Shown: positions 11,150 through 25,400 of the stretch, piece after piece
Position numbering within the stretch: position 1 is the first letter of the stretch
How the letters are laid out: every line of letters starts with the position of its first letter
Assembly: GCA_030704615.1 (NCBI GenBank)
Contig: CM060731.1
Span: 24,986,001-25,050,000, forward strand
Direction: 5' to 3'
Source of the DNA: Takakia lepidozioides
Lineage: Eukaryota; Plantae; Bryophyta
Length of the DNA stretch: 64,000 bases
Translations under genes and position numbers: made by a program
The notes under the pieces: model-generated
Seen by the model: only the letters and a program-made list of their open reading frames with translations
What the model was told of the DNA's origin: nothing
Database searches by the model: none

Positions 11150-14100
11150 CTTTATAGGAATTGCTTTGCCTTCAATTGAAGGACTTGAGAGCACTGAAGG
11201 GTCAAGAGATCCGTATTGAGTTGGCCACTGACACGTCAATCTTTTCGGAGACCCTATAGATTAAGGGACATGGAGAGGTCTTTGATTCAGATGAGGAAAA
11301 CGATCTCTGGGAGGAGGTTTGGGGAAGCTCTTGGTGGAGAGTATGCTTCAGCCACAGTGAATGATTGCAGCCAAGAAGGATGTCTATGGCATTGGACGGA
11401 GAGACGATGAATGGGCGGGGATTACCGGCCTCTAAATCGTCAGACCAAGTCCGATAAGTAGCCATGCCAACACCAGAGGAGATCTTTGATGCCATCGGGC
11501 ATGCTAAGGCTATTTAGCACTTTGATTTACGATCCGGATATCACAACTTGCCAATCAAGGAGGCAAACAAGCAGAAGAAGACGGCATTTGGGGGATCAAT
11601 GAGCACGGCAAGGATTGCCTATATAAGTGGCGGTTCTTACCATTTGGGCTTAAGGAATGCTCCGCAGAGGATTCAGAGAGTCATGGATAGGATTCTAGCA
11701 GGGGGTGGACTTTGCTCGGTTTGCACATAGATGACATCATCATCTTTAGTGTTACGATGGAGGAGCATGAGAGACACTTCAGGTGGTTTTGGAGCGCTGA
11801 GTGAGAGCGCACGGATTGAAGTTGCATGTGGGGGGAAGTGCAAGTTTTTCACAACCGGATTTGAGTATCGGGTCACATGATATATCCTAGAGGATTGGGG
11901 GTACAGCAGACTAAGGTAGAGGCCATTGCACAAATTCCACGCCCCACGGATTTGAGCCGAGTTCGAGCTTTCATGGGGTTGGCAAACTATTATAGACGGT
12001 TTGTCAAGGGATTTAGTACCATTGCAAAGGCTCTAACCAAGGCTGACCAAGGTGGACCAGGGAGAGTGGCAGTGGGAAGATGAGCAGGAACGAGCTTTTC
12101 AAGAGCTCAAGGTGAGGTTGACCTCGGCGCCTATCCTGAGACGACCTATCAGGGGGCGTCCCTTTCAGCTGCATACGGATTGGAGCATGTTGGGGCTTGG
12201 AGCGGTGCTCACACAGGTGGATGATGAGGGGAGAGAGAGTTCGTAGTGGCTTATGCTAGCCGCCTCGAACAACGCTGCAGAGGCTAAGTACAGCTCATAT
12301 GAGGGAGAGTGCTTAGCTGCAGTGTAGGCCATGGCACACTTCAGGTGATCTATACGGCAATCTTTTCACCCTTGTCACAGATCACCAGCCACTCAAGTGT
12401 TGATGGAGTCAGACAAGCTTACGGGGAAGCTTGCACGGTGGGCACTCATACTCCAGGAGTATGATTTCAGGTTTTGCATCGACCGGGTTTGGTCAATCGG
12501 GATGCGGATGGATTGAGTCGCAATCCATGCATGAGCCAGCAGGATGACACTGGAGCTCGGTGGCATGGTGAGACGGACGAGGAGATGGTGCCGGGATGGC
12601 ATGCATCTGTATTTTTGTGTATCTTGGCATCGGGAGGTCAGGTTGGACCACAAACAGGCATGACTGTAGACGGAGTGTCTGAGGACCCTGAGGCTAGTGA
12701 TGAGCCAGGTGGTGCCAGAGATATACATGAGGATTCGGCTGTGTTGGACTACCTCCGCACGGGACACGGCAGCCACTGTGACTGCCAGGGAGAGGGATCG
12801 GATCCTGCAACGAGCCAAGAGGTTCAAGTGGGAGGGGATACACCTACTTCGAGTGTGGGAGGATGGTCGGGTGAGGATTGTGCCTCACCCCACACAGCGT
12901 GCACGGTTAGTGCGGCATGCCCATGAGGAGTTGGGGCATTTGGAGTGCGACGCACTCACAGTTTCCTGCAGGGGCAGTATTGTTGGCGTGGTATGCATAC
13001 AGAGGTGCAACAGTTCGTGGCTAGGTGCATGGTGTGTGTGACAGGGTGCGTGCTTCATTCAACGCCCCTACACCACAGTTGCATCCTTTACCAATCATGG
13101 GATTGGGCTACAGGTGGAGTCTTGACTTCGCAGGACCGTTGCCACTGACTATGTGCCACCACAGATATGTGTTGGTGATGGTGGAGCACTTCTCCAAGTG
13201 GATTGAGTTGGTTCCATTGCCTGACAAGGCTAGTGAGAGGGCTGCGTATGCATTCTTGGATCGTGTGCTTAGCCGATTTGGTGCTCCAGCTGAGGTACTC
13301 ACGGACCAAGGGAGAGAGTTCTTGGGGGAGTTTCAGGCTTTGTGTGATAAAGCCTTGATAGACCACCGCACCACTTCTCGGGATCATCCTGAGGCCGATG
13401 GCTTAGCAGAGAGAGTTGTTCAGACGATGAAGAGGGGTTTGCGCAAGTATGGCTTGTAGAAGGGACACCTAGGAGATTGGGATCTTCAGGTTCCTTGGTT
13501 AGCCATGGGCTATAGGTTCAACAAACAAGCATCATTTGCCTCCTTCTCACCATATTTCCTTCTCTTTGGCCGAGAGTCGGATTTGCCTGCAGCCATTCGT
13601 AGAGACACTGCTCAAGTCCTTAACCTTGACGATCCGGACGTGTGGGTACGTGCATGTGATCAGCGTGCAGAGTTGTTCAAGAAAGTCATGCCCATGGCTT
13701 TTGAGAACCTTGCCATTGCACAGCACCGTGATACGTTGAGGTATGCCACTATACAGGGTGGAGGATATCGTCCTGGGGTTCGGAGGTTTAGCCCTGGTGA
13801 CTATGTTTATTTGCAGCAGACTGGTCCTACGACTCTGGATGTTATTGCAGGGCGTGTTATTCTGAGGGTTCGAGAGGTGTTGCCCTCAGGGGTCCTGATC
13901 TTGGAGGGTCGGGATGGCATGACTTGGAAGGACCATGTGCGTAATTGTGCGCCATGTCACCTTCCCAATGTCGATGGCAGAGTTGACCCAAACTTGGCAG
14001 TGGTACCTGCAGGTTTGAGGTGCATGTTTTGTGGGTCTGCCAAAGGGGCAGCCACCATGCTGGTGTGGGATCGATGCTCAAGGGGTTGGCATATGGGATG

Positions 14101-14164
14101 CTTGACACCACCTCTTGAGAAGGTTCCTGACGGAGATTGGTTGTGTCCACACTGCTTGGGATAG
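11150..14164 (+). pseudogene. Gypsy pol (RT, RNase H, integrase) with C-terminal PHD finger
   Basis: Fragments DLRSGYH, FGLRNAP, IDDIIIFS, AFMGLANYYRRF, LHTDWS, WSLDFAGP, VLTDQGREF, GLAERVV. C-terminus CMFC...WDRC...HMGC...WLCPHC is a C4HC3 PHD with one Cys changed to Trp. Start coordinate approximate. Confidence 0.88.
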
Positions 14165-14424
14165 TGGCAGTGGACATGACTGGAGGCAGCTAACAAGACA
14201 TGGGAGGCCAAGCTCATAGGAGTCAATACATGAGATCCCAAGCTCAAGTTCACAGGTTGCAAGACAGCGACTAACGATAGGGCAACTCTTGCACCCGGCC
14301 TCTTGATCTATCGAGTTTGAGTGTAGTAGGGATAGTGGTGGAGGACTTAGTGAGGCTGTGGTCACTATCACATCTTGTGGCTACCTGGACTTAGAGGGAC
14401 CTAAGCACCAGCTAGGGGGGCGAT

Positions 14425-15648
14425 TGTGTGGACTAGTGACTGCCATAGTGGGCAGCATAGTGGCAGCCTAGTGATTGACTAGTTGTAGCCTAGTGGTTGG
14501 ACTAGTGGCTGGACTAGTGGTGGACTAGTGGTATACTAGTGTGTGGTGTGCACATGTGTTGTGTGGTTTTGGACAGCGATGTAGTTGTGTAGCGATATGT
14601 ATGCGCACGACAGCTGTCAAGTTATCTTACCACTAGTGTGAAACTAGCTAGGAAATAGCTAGCTTTTACATATTGACATTTGGGATTGGCCCAAGTGTCA
14701 ATCCAGGGGTCAAGGCAGATTTAGGCCCTGGAGTGGTTATCTTCACGGCAAGCGCGGGAGGCTCATCTTTCTCAAGTTGAGCCTCACCGCGCCTAGCTAT
14801 GGCGTCGTAGTGTGGATTCCCCATGGCGTGGGGTGCACTTGGCTTGACTTGTATTTGAGTGATGAGGTTATATATGCATGAGTTTATGCTTCAGCTTTGT
14901 GAGCTCGCATGAGCTTGTGCTTGTATTCTTCTTCTTTATCATTGTGTGGACTAGTGACTGCCATAGTGGGCAGCATAGTGGCAGCCTAGTGATTGACTAG
15001 TTGTAGCCTAGTGGTTGGACTAGTGGCTGGACTAGTGGTGGACTAGTGGTATACTAGTGTGTGGTGTGCACATGTGTTGTGTGGTTTTGGACAGCGATGT
15101 AGTTGTGTAGCGATATGTATGCGCACGACAGCTGTCAAGTTATCTTACCACTAGTGTGAAACTAGCTAGGAAATAGCTAGCTTTTACATATTGACATTTG
15201 GGATTGGCCCAAGTGTCAATCCAGGGGTCAAGGCAGATTTAGGCCCTGGAGTGGTTATCTTCACGGCAAGCGCGGGAGGCTCATCTTTCTCAAGTTGAGC
15301 CTCACCGCGCCTAGCTATGGCGTCGTAGTGTGGATTCCCCATGGCGTGGGGTGCACTTGGCTTGACTTGTATTTGAGTGATGAGGTTATATATGCATGAG
15401 TTTATGCTTCAGCTTTGTGAGCTCGCATGAGCTTGTGCTTGTATTCTTCTTCTTTATCATTGTGTGGACTAGTGACTGCCATAGTGGGCAGCATAGTGGC
15501 AGCCTAGTGATTGACTAGTTGTAGCCTAGTGGTTGGACTAGTGGCTGGACTAGTGGTGGACTAGTGGTATACTAGTGTGTGGTGTGCACATGTGTTGTGT
15601 GGTTTTGGACAGCGATGTAGTTGTGTAGCGATATGTATGCGCACGACA
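14425..15648 (+). repeat. Tandem LTR copies: 14425-14941, 14943-15459 and partial 15461-15648
   Basis: 518-bp period, apparently identical copies, each TG...TTATCA and separated by a single T. Confidence 0.9.
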
Positions 15649-17310
15649 ATGGTATTCGACCAGTGGTTGAATGGAATCCCAGTTGCATTCATCATCACAG
15701 CAAGATCAAAGGCAATCGATTTGGAGCCATGGATGTCCACACTGAACGGGAAACTTCAGGCTCACCAGGCAGGATGGTACCCACATGCTTGCATTATTGA
15801 TGACGCAGATGCTGAAACGAGAGGCCTCGCATCATGCCAAGCTGGAAATGATTTCGCATAGAACGGATTTCTTCATGCCCCGATTCTAGGGTTTGAGTCC
15901 CTGTCTGCCCCCTATCCCACCAGCTCCGCTCGTCGTCTCTCATGATCAGACTCGACCCTAAAACAAAACAAACATAGCTCCGCCCTGTTCGACGTCTCTC
16001 ATGATCAGACTCGACACTAAAAGAAAGCAAACACAGCTTCGTCCTGATTGTCGTCTTTCACGATCAAACTGGACACAAAGAAAACAAACAGATGGCAGGG
16101 GAGACAAAAAAACGCTTAGTCCCCTCTATCATGACTGGATGGATGAGAAGACATTACCTTTATCATGGTAATTCCACAGTGGAGCGATTGAGTTAAGAAT
16201 CTAAGATCGTTATTTTTCAGATATGAGCCAGGCATGAAAAGCAATCAGGTGATTGCCAATTCATTCCTCTCTGAAACTCCTTGGTTTTCTGCACATCTCC
16301 ATATTATAATGTTGTCACATGTCTTTCTATGTCAGGGCCGTGTGGGGGCAGTCTGCAGTATTTCTATGCCTTTGGTATGTGATATGAGGAGAACATGGCA
16401 AAAGAATGTCGTGTCTAAGATCAAAGATGCAGATTTGTCTGCATGTGTCATGCAAGACATGTCTAAAATCATGTATAGTGCGTCAAAAAGCGAGGGCGAC
16501 GCAGGTGAAGCATGGGCGGTGTGCGAACTTGTGAATTTGCGTTTCAAGTACCCCACTCTAAGTGAATTTTGTGACTATTTGGAGCAGGAGTGGGTTCCTA
16601 AAGCTAACATGTGGACAATGGGTTCTCGCAATATTCCACACGCAGGAATGCCGCCATTGAAGCTTATCATGGAAATCTGAAGGCACAGCTGAAATGTACA
16701 AAGAGCAAACTGGTTAGCAGCTGAGTCGATTGGCTCATTCATGAACTCACAGGTGATTTGCTCACTCATTATTGGTATATGTCCTATGCCAAAACATATG
16801 GCTTCATCCATAACAAGCGACTCAAAGGCTTTGTCTGTAGCTCTATTGTGCTTGCTAAACAGATTCCCAATTGCAATGTGAACCTTCCGCTACAGAAGGG
16901 GGGCATCGCAACCGTGAAATGTATTTGGGATGAGAGGACTACGTATACGGTTCACAATCCACAGTCCAACTTGAGGTATTGCGATTGTCGTCATGCCCGC
17001 AAAGGGAATATGTATGCGCATCAGGTGAAGGTCTTGCAAATGATGCACCCCAACTTGGAAGATGGCACCATAGCAAAATACTGTGGAAGCCTTATTGGCA
17101 ACAGCAGAGGAGGCTTTCATAGCCTGTTTGCACCACCTGAATCACCCACAGCAATGCGCTCCAAAGCGCCTCCCCTTCCTACCACACAGAACTCATCACC
17201 ATATTTGTTTCAGAAAAATCCAGGACTGCCATTGTTGGATTGATATCCACTGAGTTCGAGCGCGTTCTCAACATGACCAGACAGAGCACGGTTTTGCAAG
17301 AACACCTTAT
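15649..17310 (+). pseudogene. Second, unrelated MULE-SWIM transposase fragment
   Basis: MVFDQWLNGIPVAFII, IIDDADAE, YLEQEWVPK..MW, NAAIEAYH, VDWLIHEL and degenerate SWIM YCDC...YAH, with stops and frameshifts. Right boundary approximate. Confidence 0.75.
15930..16090. repeat. Three degenerate ~58-bp tandem repeats
   Basis: CGTCTCTCATGATCAGACTCGAC...AAACAYAGCT repeated three times inside a probable intron of the MULE fragment. Confidence 0.6.
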
Positions 17311-20300
17311 CTGCATTGACGCGCATGAAACCACAATCATCTTGCACTAGTGTTGCGGAGGGCCCCACAAGATGTGGCTGGAACCACCTTCCCTTGAAGA
17401 GAATAGGCCGGTACGTTGTATACTGAAGTTGGAGTATGCTCTCAAGCTCTCCAATGTACTGAAGTTTGCTCATAGCAGGTCGTGTATCTCCCTTGCCCCA
17501 CACGGAGTCTTGCCAATATGTCGCACACAAGCCAGAATCAAAGGTTGTTTTGCGCTTCATGTCAAGAGCACGAATGCGGAAATGACCGTGAACCCAACCG
17601 CCGTGTATGAGGTCGCGAATTGAGAGGGGGCCCTTGCATTGTCTTGCACCAAATCTGAAACCACCTCTCATTGAGCAACGGCGTCATAAACTGAAGTCTG
17701 AAGCCACTGTTGGAATGAACTTAGAGGCTGCAATTCCATGGGCAAATTTTGTGAATGAACATTCCGGCGGCCCGCTCCTCGTCGTGGGCGTCTAGTAACC
17801 GGCCTTGGATGGTTCCGCCTCCATGCAAGCGTCTCCTCCTCTCGTTGTTGAACAAGATTATTGTATCTTGCCTCCCACTCATGTATGGATGGGGAGTTCT
17901 TTAGTATGAAGTCATGCGCTTGCTCAATCACCAAGGTCGGCAATTTTACCCTCTTTGATTTTTTGGGCAAAACGATGTTCTTGGTTCGTGCATCCTCCTC
18001 TTCCTTCCACATCCGAGGGGATTCCTCATCCACCCTTGCCATGTACTCCGTGCAATAGAACAAAGCTTCTTGCAACGTATACCCCTCCGCCATGCTACCC
18101 TCCGGGTGCGCCATTTGTCTTACAAATCCTTTCAAAGTCTTCATATAACTCTCAAGGAGTACATCCACCGAGAATGAACGGGGCCGGCAATCAAAGCCTC
18201 TTCCACTAAGTGCACTACCAAGTGCACTTGGATGTCAAAGAAGGAGGGAGGAAGGTGCATCTCCAACATACACATTACCTCCGCCGCCTCCTTCTTCATG
18301 CGTGGAAAATCTGCTTCTTCCAACTCTTTGGAGCAAATCCACCGGAACAAGCCTCCCAATCTATAGATTGTCTCACGAACCTCGGGAGTCAATGTCCCAT
18401 GTACTGCAATGGGCAAGATGTCTTGCAATAGATTGTGGTAGTCATGAGACTTCAAACCATGGACCCGTCTTCTTCGCTGAACTTCGTACGGAGGGATGAC
18501 CCATAACCAATTGGTGTTCGGACAGCACTTATGGTGGCTATCACTTTCTTGTATTCCTCCTTTGTCCATTGCCAAGGTGCGCGCCTATACTTCCACCGTA
18601 CAACACCCTTTGGGTCCACACCATTTTGTTCGGCCCATAGATGGCGCATGCGACCCTGCTCCTCAAGCTCCTTTCTAACACCGAGAGAATATCCTTTTGC
18701 AGCCACTCCTGCCGGCGTGCCATGAAGAACCCAAAAAAAGGACGAGCAGACATTCTTCTCAATATGCATGGGATCTAGAAGATGGCGAATCTTCAGGTCC
18801 TACATATATCCCCACCCACAAAGACTTACACAAAAAAATTTACTTGAAAGTGACAATGCAACGCATACCAAATGTGCAATATCACATGCATGCATAGGGA
18901 TATTGACGGTGTTTTTGTGGAATATATACCGCCCAATATGGCAACTCACCCGCATGGGCCTCCTTCCATCAGTCCTCCCAAAACTGCCCGGACGGTGTCA
19001 TAGGGGCTTCCTCTTTGCCATCAAACAAGTGTTTCTCTCTTCTTGTCCATCGATGTCTCATAGGAAGAATTGCGGTAGTTGGGATACACCATCTTGTGAA
19101 GATGGCGGGAACTATGTGCATCAAGATCATCGCCACAATACAAGCATGCATGGTACCATTTGGTGCTTAGCCCCGAGCAAACAGTTAGTCATATACTACA
19201 CATCCCGCCACATTAGCAAAAACAAAAAGTTGTCATGTGCATGGCCCATAATGTCATCTACCTCACTACGGTGCACAAGACTGTCGCCGCTACTTCAATC
19301 AATCCCAATCCTCATCCTCATCCGGCATTGACAAGTGAATGTACGCGGGTTGTTCATGGGGAACATAATATACCTGGATAATCACGCATTGTCCAAAGCA
19401 AGATGCCTCTCATCTGAAAAGATTGTCCGGCCATAGGGTCAAGTGAAACATCCAATGTCGGGACCCCCCTCCATAGCTCTTTAAGTTCATCAACAAGAGG
19501 TCGCAAGTACGTGTCCATGTTTGCCACTTGTTTTTTCCATTTGAGACATTCACATCATTGTTTCAATGCTCCACCAATATGCAGATTATACTACAAAATG
19601 AATTACACGTCTTACTCCATGATTATGTCACTCATCAATCTTGCATCCGAATTGGTCAAAGATCAGAAGTTTAATGTAAAGTCGAAGGCAATAATAAACA
19701 TGAAATGAGTATACTCACCTGGCACAATGGCAGCCAACATGATATGGCTTTTTTTAAATGAAAGATACGGAGGGATATTGTAATTCACCATGGTCACCGG
19801 CCAAGTGGAATGACTACATGACTGGACAGAGAATGGGTTGACCCCATCCGAGGAGAAGCCGAGGTGGACATGTCGTGGGTCCTCCAAGAGAAAAGGCCAC
19901 ATCTCTTCAATATGCCTCCATGCTTGTGAATCTTGTGGCCCGCACACCTTTCCCGGGGGGCTCCGATGTGAGGCGTGTCATCTCATGAGTCTGGCCAATT
20001 CGGGGCTTCACTATTGTGCCCTCAATCGCGGGATGATCGGAAAGTAATGCATTTTCTAGGATGAAATACCCCACGCCCCCCACATGTAATCATCCCATTA
20101 GCACACATAATACAACACCCTTATGTCTTTCCCTTTATGCAGCCTCTCCCTCATTTGGGTGTGAATGGTCAAAACCAAACGTCGCTCCTTCCACTCCTCA
20201 CTCGCTCCTTCCAAAACCACAATCAGATCTTGCTTGAGTACTACTCTCTAATAATCTCCATGTGAAGGGGAATGATGCTTATACCTTGCGTGGTACTTTT

Positions 20301-20920
20301 TTCCCTTGGACATCATCTCGATATCGGTCTTTCTTACACTTTGGGCACTTGGTGAGATGCGAATCATCTCCGTAGTATAGGGTTTTATCGCATGGACATG
20401 CATGAAAAATCTTATAGCCCATCCCCACAGAGTCCAAGACTTCGCGCGCCTCTTTCTGCGACCGTGGCATCTTGGGTTTCAAGTGTGGAGCAAGGATATA
20501 GTCTGCAATAGTTCGCATTGTGGCAGACATCCGAACATTACTTATGCCAAATCAAATTTGAAGATTGAGCAAAAATAAGATTGTTGAAAGTCGACTCATT
20601 TTCGCCCCTTCGTACAAGGGAGTTCTCGCCTCCCTCTCCATGTCATTTGAGGGGGCCATTTCAGGATCATCGATTGGCCGAGTTCCCTCTTCATGGGATG
20701 CATCAGCACCCACATGATGCATTAAGAGATCCTCCATGGCTTGCACATCCTCCTGGTTAATTCCATGCTCATTGTAGTTGTCACTGTCACTATCACTGTC
20801 ATCGTCATCATCGTCCAGTACCGTGGGGGCGGCGTCTCGCCCACGGCTCCCGCCTGATGTACTTGGGTTGTTTTCGGATGGGGTGCTAAGAGAAAAGACC
20901 GGGAAGGGATGGACAAAGTC
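17310..20920 (-). pseudogene. CACTA transposase body (Transposase_21, DUF4218, DUF4216-like), multi-exon
   Basis: HACPCDKTLY..CPKC, FSSDGVNPF..STWPV..NYNIPP, MHIEKNV, GLKSHDYH, PPSFFDIQVHLVVHL..GPVHSRWMY, PEGSMAEGY, FDSG..YIGELESIL..LFKGRWF. Several GT-AG introns. Confidence 0.9.
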
Positions 20921-22472
20921 CTGATACGAATAAATGAACATAGGGACATATATTATAATGTGTCATTGCAACCATACACTTCATTATAAGCGAAATGCAA
21001 ACAACAACCTTCAATGTGTGTGTGCATCAAATATGTCATTCAATAATTACATATATGTGCGCAACGTACACGCATGCAAAGTTTCAAACCCAAACAAAAT
21101 CATTTCCCCCCCCAATGACGCATTCACCCTATCAACCAATTTTTGTGTATTAATGTGAAAGAAAATCTTCTCATGTTAAACGGATGTGGCTCAAGCTTCA
21201 TTTTTTCCTACATGTGCTTAAATATGTGTGCAACACCTGTACAAAGATCCAGCAGGGTTAAAAATAAAAAAATAAAAAAAAAAAAAATAAAAACCTCCCC
21301 AACGATGCACTCACTCTTGCACCAATTTTGAATTAAATCGAATTTAAATGAATTTAAAATAAATATTTGCATTTAGAAAATATATGATTGCAGTTTTGAG
21401 GGGCGTAATGATTTTATTTTTAGCTCTATTTTGTTCTGTGATATCAGGCTTTGCACCACTACATCCATGCAAAAAATGGGACAAAAAAAAAATGGAAAAA
21501 AAATAAGTGTGTTTCTAGGGTTACTTTTGCAGAACTCTCTATGAAGAATGCATGAAGTTGAAGATAACTCAACTTTGGACTGCAAATGAGAGAACAAAAA
21601 TCTGGTTATGGGTCCAAATGACTTTGGTTTACTCCCAAATTTTGCACGCACATTGCATATGCTATCATTAAGCATATGGCTTGAAAATGGAAAAAAAAAA
21701 AAAAAAAATCATCTGCAGGCGAAACACAATTTTCCGTCTCTATGACACGTACCTGCGTTCAACACTAGAATGATCCATTGAATCAACTTGGTTCAAGCTC
21801 ATATTTGGTCCACATGTGCATAAGTATGTTTAGATCATATATGCAAAGTTGCAACCCACACGAGCAACAAGAATTTTTTTACATCAATCGATTAATCGGA
21901 TGTATACAAAGTACATCATGAGAATATCTACAATGCCCCTCTACGCAATCCCTGTCTCAAAGGAACCCTATTTCTATCATACACATCCCACTCACGCTGT
22001 AATCGGAGGTCCCAATCATCCCGGGAGAACTCGTATGATGTAAATAGTTCGCTGCCAGCCTTAATAGTCATACTAACACATGTCATCACAAACATGTGCA
22101 TCCCCTCACAATATACTGACGTATGACCACAAAAGCTCTCATGCCCATCGCTTCGCTCGTCCCATAATACATTGGTTCTCCTAGGATGACCAAAAGAACT
22201 ATTGACCAGCCCAGCAACATTGCCGAAGACGTCAGGGTCACCATCACAAAATCTGATCTCAATGGGAGACAACCCCCGTCTACTTACATCCTGTCCGTTG
22301 ACACACAAAATATAGGGTAGGATGTATGGGGCTTCGAGGCGTAATGTACGGAACTCCGCGGAGGTGTAGTATGGACCGTAGTAGGGAAACAAGTCCACCA
22401 TGCCGTTTCTCCGAGGAGGAACCACAATATCATTGACCGTCAATAAACCCCGACCCATAGCAGGGTCTGTAG

Positions 22473-25400
22473 GGGGGCTGCTATTTCATGAGCGGCATGA
22501 GCATGAGCGGAAAAAAAAAAAGCATGAGCAGACCATTGTAAGTCCATGGAAATAGGGTTAGGAGGCACGGAAATAGGGTCATGTGAAGTTGGAATGTGGC
22601 ACCAGTGGACTTGAAATGCAACATTTTATTGCATTTACTTGCCGAAAATGGCTAAGTCTCAGATCTGACTGGGCCGGAACTGGAAAAATGGCGCCGAATT
22701 TCCGATTTTGGTGCCAGTCAGATCTGGGACTTAGCCATTTTAGGCCCCGAACTAGAAAAATGGCGTTTTTTTTTTTTTTTTTTTTTTTTTTCGGTGCCAT
22801 TTTACCAGTTCGGGGCCGAAAATGGCTAAGTCCCAGATCTGACTGGGCCCGGAACTGGAAAAATGGCGCCGAATTTCCGATTTTGGTGCCAGCCACCCTA
22901 GGGACTTAGCCATTTTTCCAGTTCGGGGCCGAAAATGGCTAAGTCCCAGATCTGATAGGGCGCGGAACTGGAAAAATGGTGGCGAATTTCCAGTTGCGGT
23001 TCCAGCCATCGTAGGGACTTAGCCATTTTCGGGGCCCGAAACTGGAAAAATGGCGCCATTTTTCCATTTCGGGGCCGAAAATGGCTAAGTCCCAGATCTG
23101 ACTGGCACCAAAATCGGAAATTCGGCGCCATTTTTCCAGTCATGCAGGTAATTCGAAGAGCGGATGGATGGAAATCCGGCGCCGGATTTCCATCCGCCAG
23201 GTAAGTCGGCGCGCAAAATTTCCGTCATGCAGGTAATTCGAAGAGCGGATGGATGGAAATCCGGCGCCGGATTTCCATCCGCAAGGTTGGTCGGAGAGCG
23301 GATGGATGGAGATCCGGCACCGAATTTCCATCCTCCAGGTAATTCGAATCCCGGATGGATGGAAATCCGGCGCCGAATTTCCATCCAGCAGGTAAGTCGG
23401 ATCGCTGGCGTATGGATATTCGGCGCCGAATTTCCATTCGCCAGGAATTTCGAAGCGCTGAATTACCTTCCTGCAGGTAATTCTGATCTATGAATTACCT
23501 TCCTGCAGGTAATTCTGAGCGTGTCCGATTTCTTGGAATCCTTCACTGCTAGAGGCAAATCAGAACAGCCTCGGACGGAAATTCGGCGCCGTTTTTCCAT
23601 TTCTGGGAGGTTTCTGCGACTTCCTTTGAGGGGGCCCCGATGGAAATTCGGCGCCGAATTTCCATCCGGGGGATGATCTCTGTCGGAGAGGTGCCGGCCT
23701 CTCCGCCGCTCTGTTGGATATTCGATGCCGAATTTCCGTCCGGGGGTTGAAATATGACGGCCAGGTGCTGGCCTCTCCCCCCTCCCCGACTGCATTGGAA
23801 CGGCCCCGGATGGAAATTCGGCGCCGTTTTTCCATCTGGGGAGGTTTTTACGACTTCCTTTGAGGGGGCCCCGATGGAAATTCGGCGCTGAATTTCCATC
23901 CGGGGGATGGTCTCTGTCGGAGAGGTGCCGGCCTCTCCGCCGCTCTGTTGGATATTCGGTGCCGAATTTCCGTCCGGGGGTTGAAATATGACGGCCAGGT
24001 GCCGGCCTCTCCCCCCTCCCCGACTGCATTGGAACGGCCCCGGATTGAAATTCGGCGCCGTTTTTCCATCTGGGGAGGTTTTTATGTCGACCAGTTTTCG
24101 GTCTGACCCCCCGACACGACTCCTTTGGGGGGGCCCGGATGGAAATTCGGCGCCGAATCTCAATCCAGGGGATGCTCTCTGTCGAACACGTGCCGGCCTC
24201 TACGCCCGAGGCGACTTCATCCGGGCTTCCCCTGTTGGCCGAATTTCCGTCCGGGGGTTGAAATGTGACGGCCAGGTGCCGGCCTCTCCCCCCTCCCCGA
24301 CTGCATCCGAACCGCCCCGGATGGAAATTCGGCGCCGTTTTTCCATCTGGGGATGTTTTTATGCCGGCCAGTTTTCGGCCTGACCCCCCGACACGACTTC
24401 CTTTGGGGGGCCCGGATGGAAATTCGGCGCCGATTCTCCATCCAGGGGATATTCTCTGTCGCACACGCGCCGCGTTCTGCGCCCGAGGCGACTTCATCCG
24501 GGCTTCCCCTGTTGTATATTCGGTGCCGAATTTCCGTCCGGGGGTTGCAATGTGAGGGCCAGATGGCGGCCTTTCCCCCGAGCCGACTGCATCCGAAAGG
24601 CCTCGGATGGAAATTCGGCGCCGTTTTTCCATCTGGCGATGTTTTTATGCCGGCCAGTTTCGGCCTGACCCCTCGACACGACTTCCTTTGGGGGGGCCCG
24701 GATGGAAATTCGGCGCCGAATCTCCATCCAAGGGATATTCACTGTCGCACACGCGCCGGCCTCTGCGCCCGAGGCGACTTCATCCGGGCTTCCCCTGTTG
24801 TATATTCGGTGCCGAATTTCCGTCCGGGGGTTGTAATGTGAGGGCCAGATGGCGGCCTTTCCCCCGAGCCGACGACATCCGAAAGGCCTCGGATGGAAAT
24901 TCGGCGCCGTTTTTCCATCCGCGGAGGTTTTTATGTCGGCCAGTTTTCGACCTGACCCCCCGACATGACTTCCTTTGGGTGGATCCGAATGGAAATTCGG
25001 CGCTGAATTTCCATCCGGGGGATGTTTTCTGTCGGACAGGTGCCGGCATCTCTGCCCCAGACGACTTCATCCGTGCGGCCCCTGTTGGATATTGGGTGCC
25101 GAATTTCCATTCGGGGGTAGTAATGTGACGGCACGGTGCCGGCTTCTCCCCTTCAGCCGACATCATCCGGACGGCCCCCCACTTTCTGACTGCATACCAT
25201 TGGCAGTTATTGCGCAAAGATCAGGGGCCGCATTCCGGAGACAAGGTTCATTAACACTCTGACTGTGGATTTTTGAGATAGTTGGCTCCCTGGATTTGGA
25301 TCAGGCTTCGTCGCTCGGACAAATCGGCACCGCATTCCTTCCCATCGCTGCATCCCCCTTCTACCAGGGAGCTTCCCCGCACGCCATCCTGGCAGTCTTG

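Larger units (their letters stand above)
10758..15648 (+). mobile_element. Ty3/Gypsy LTR retrotransposon, 5' part lost in the gap, degraded
   Basis: Domain order RT, RNase H, integrase. Polypurine tract GCTAGGGGGGCGAT (14411-14424) directly precedes an LTR starting TGTGTGG. Confidence 0.9.

Noticed and set aside
14425-15648. TRIM tandem array with 188-bp LTRs
   Set aside because: The 330-bp intervening segments lack a TGG-type PBS and a PPT.
5705-20920. Programmed frameshifting in TE ORFs
   Set aside because: Indels are numerous, often in homopolymers, and differ between the two MULE copies. Decay or sequencing error is simpler.
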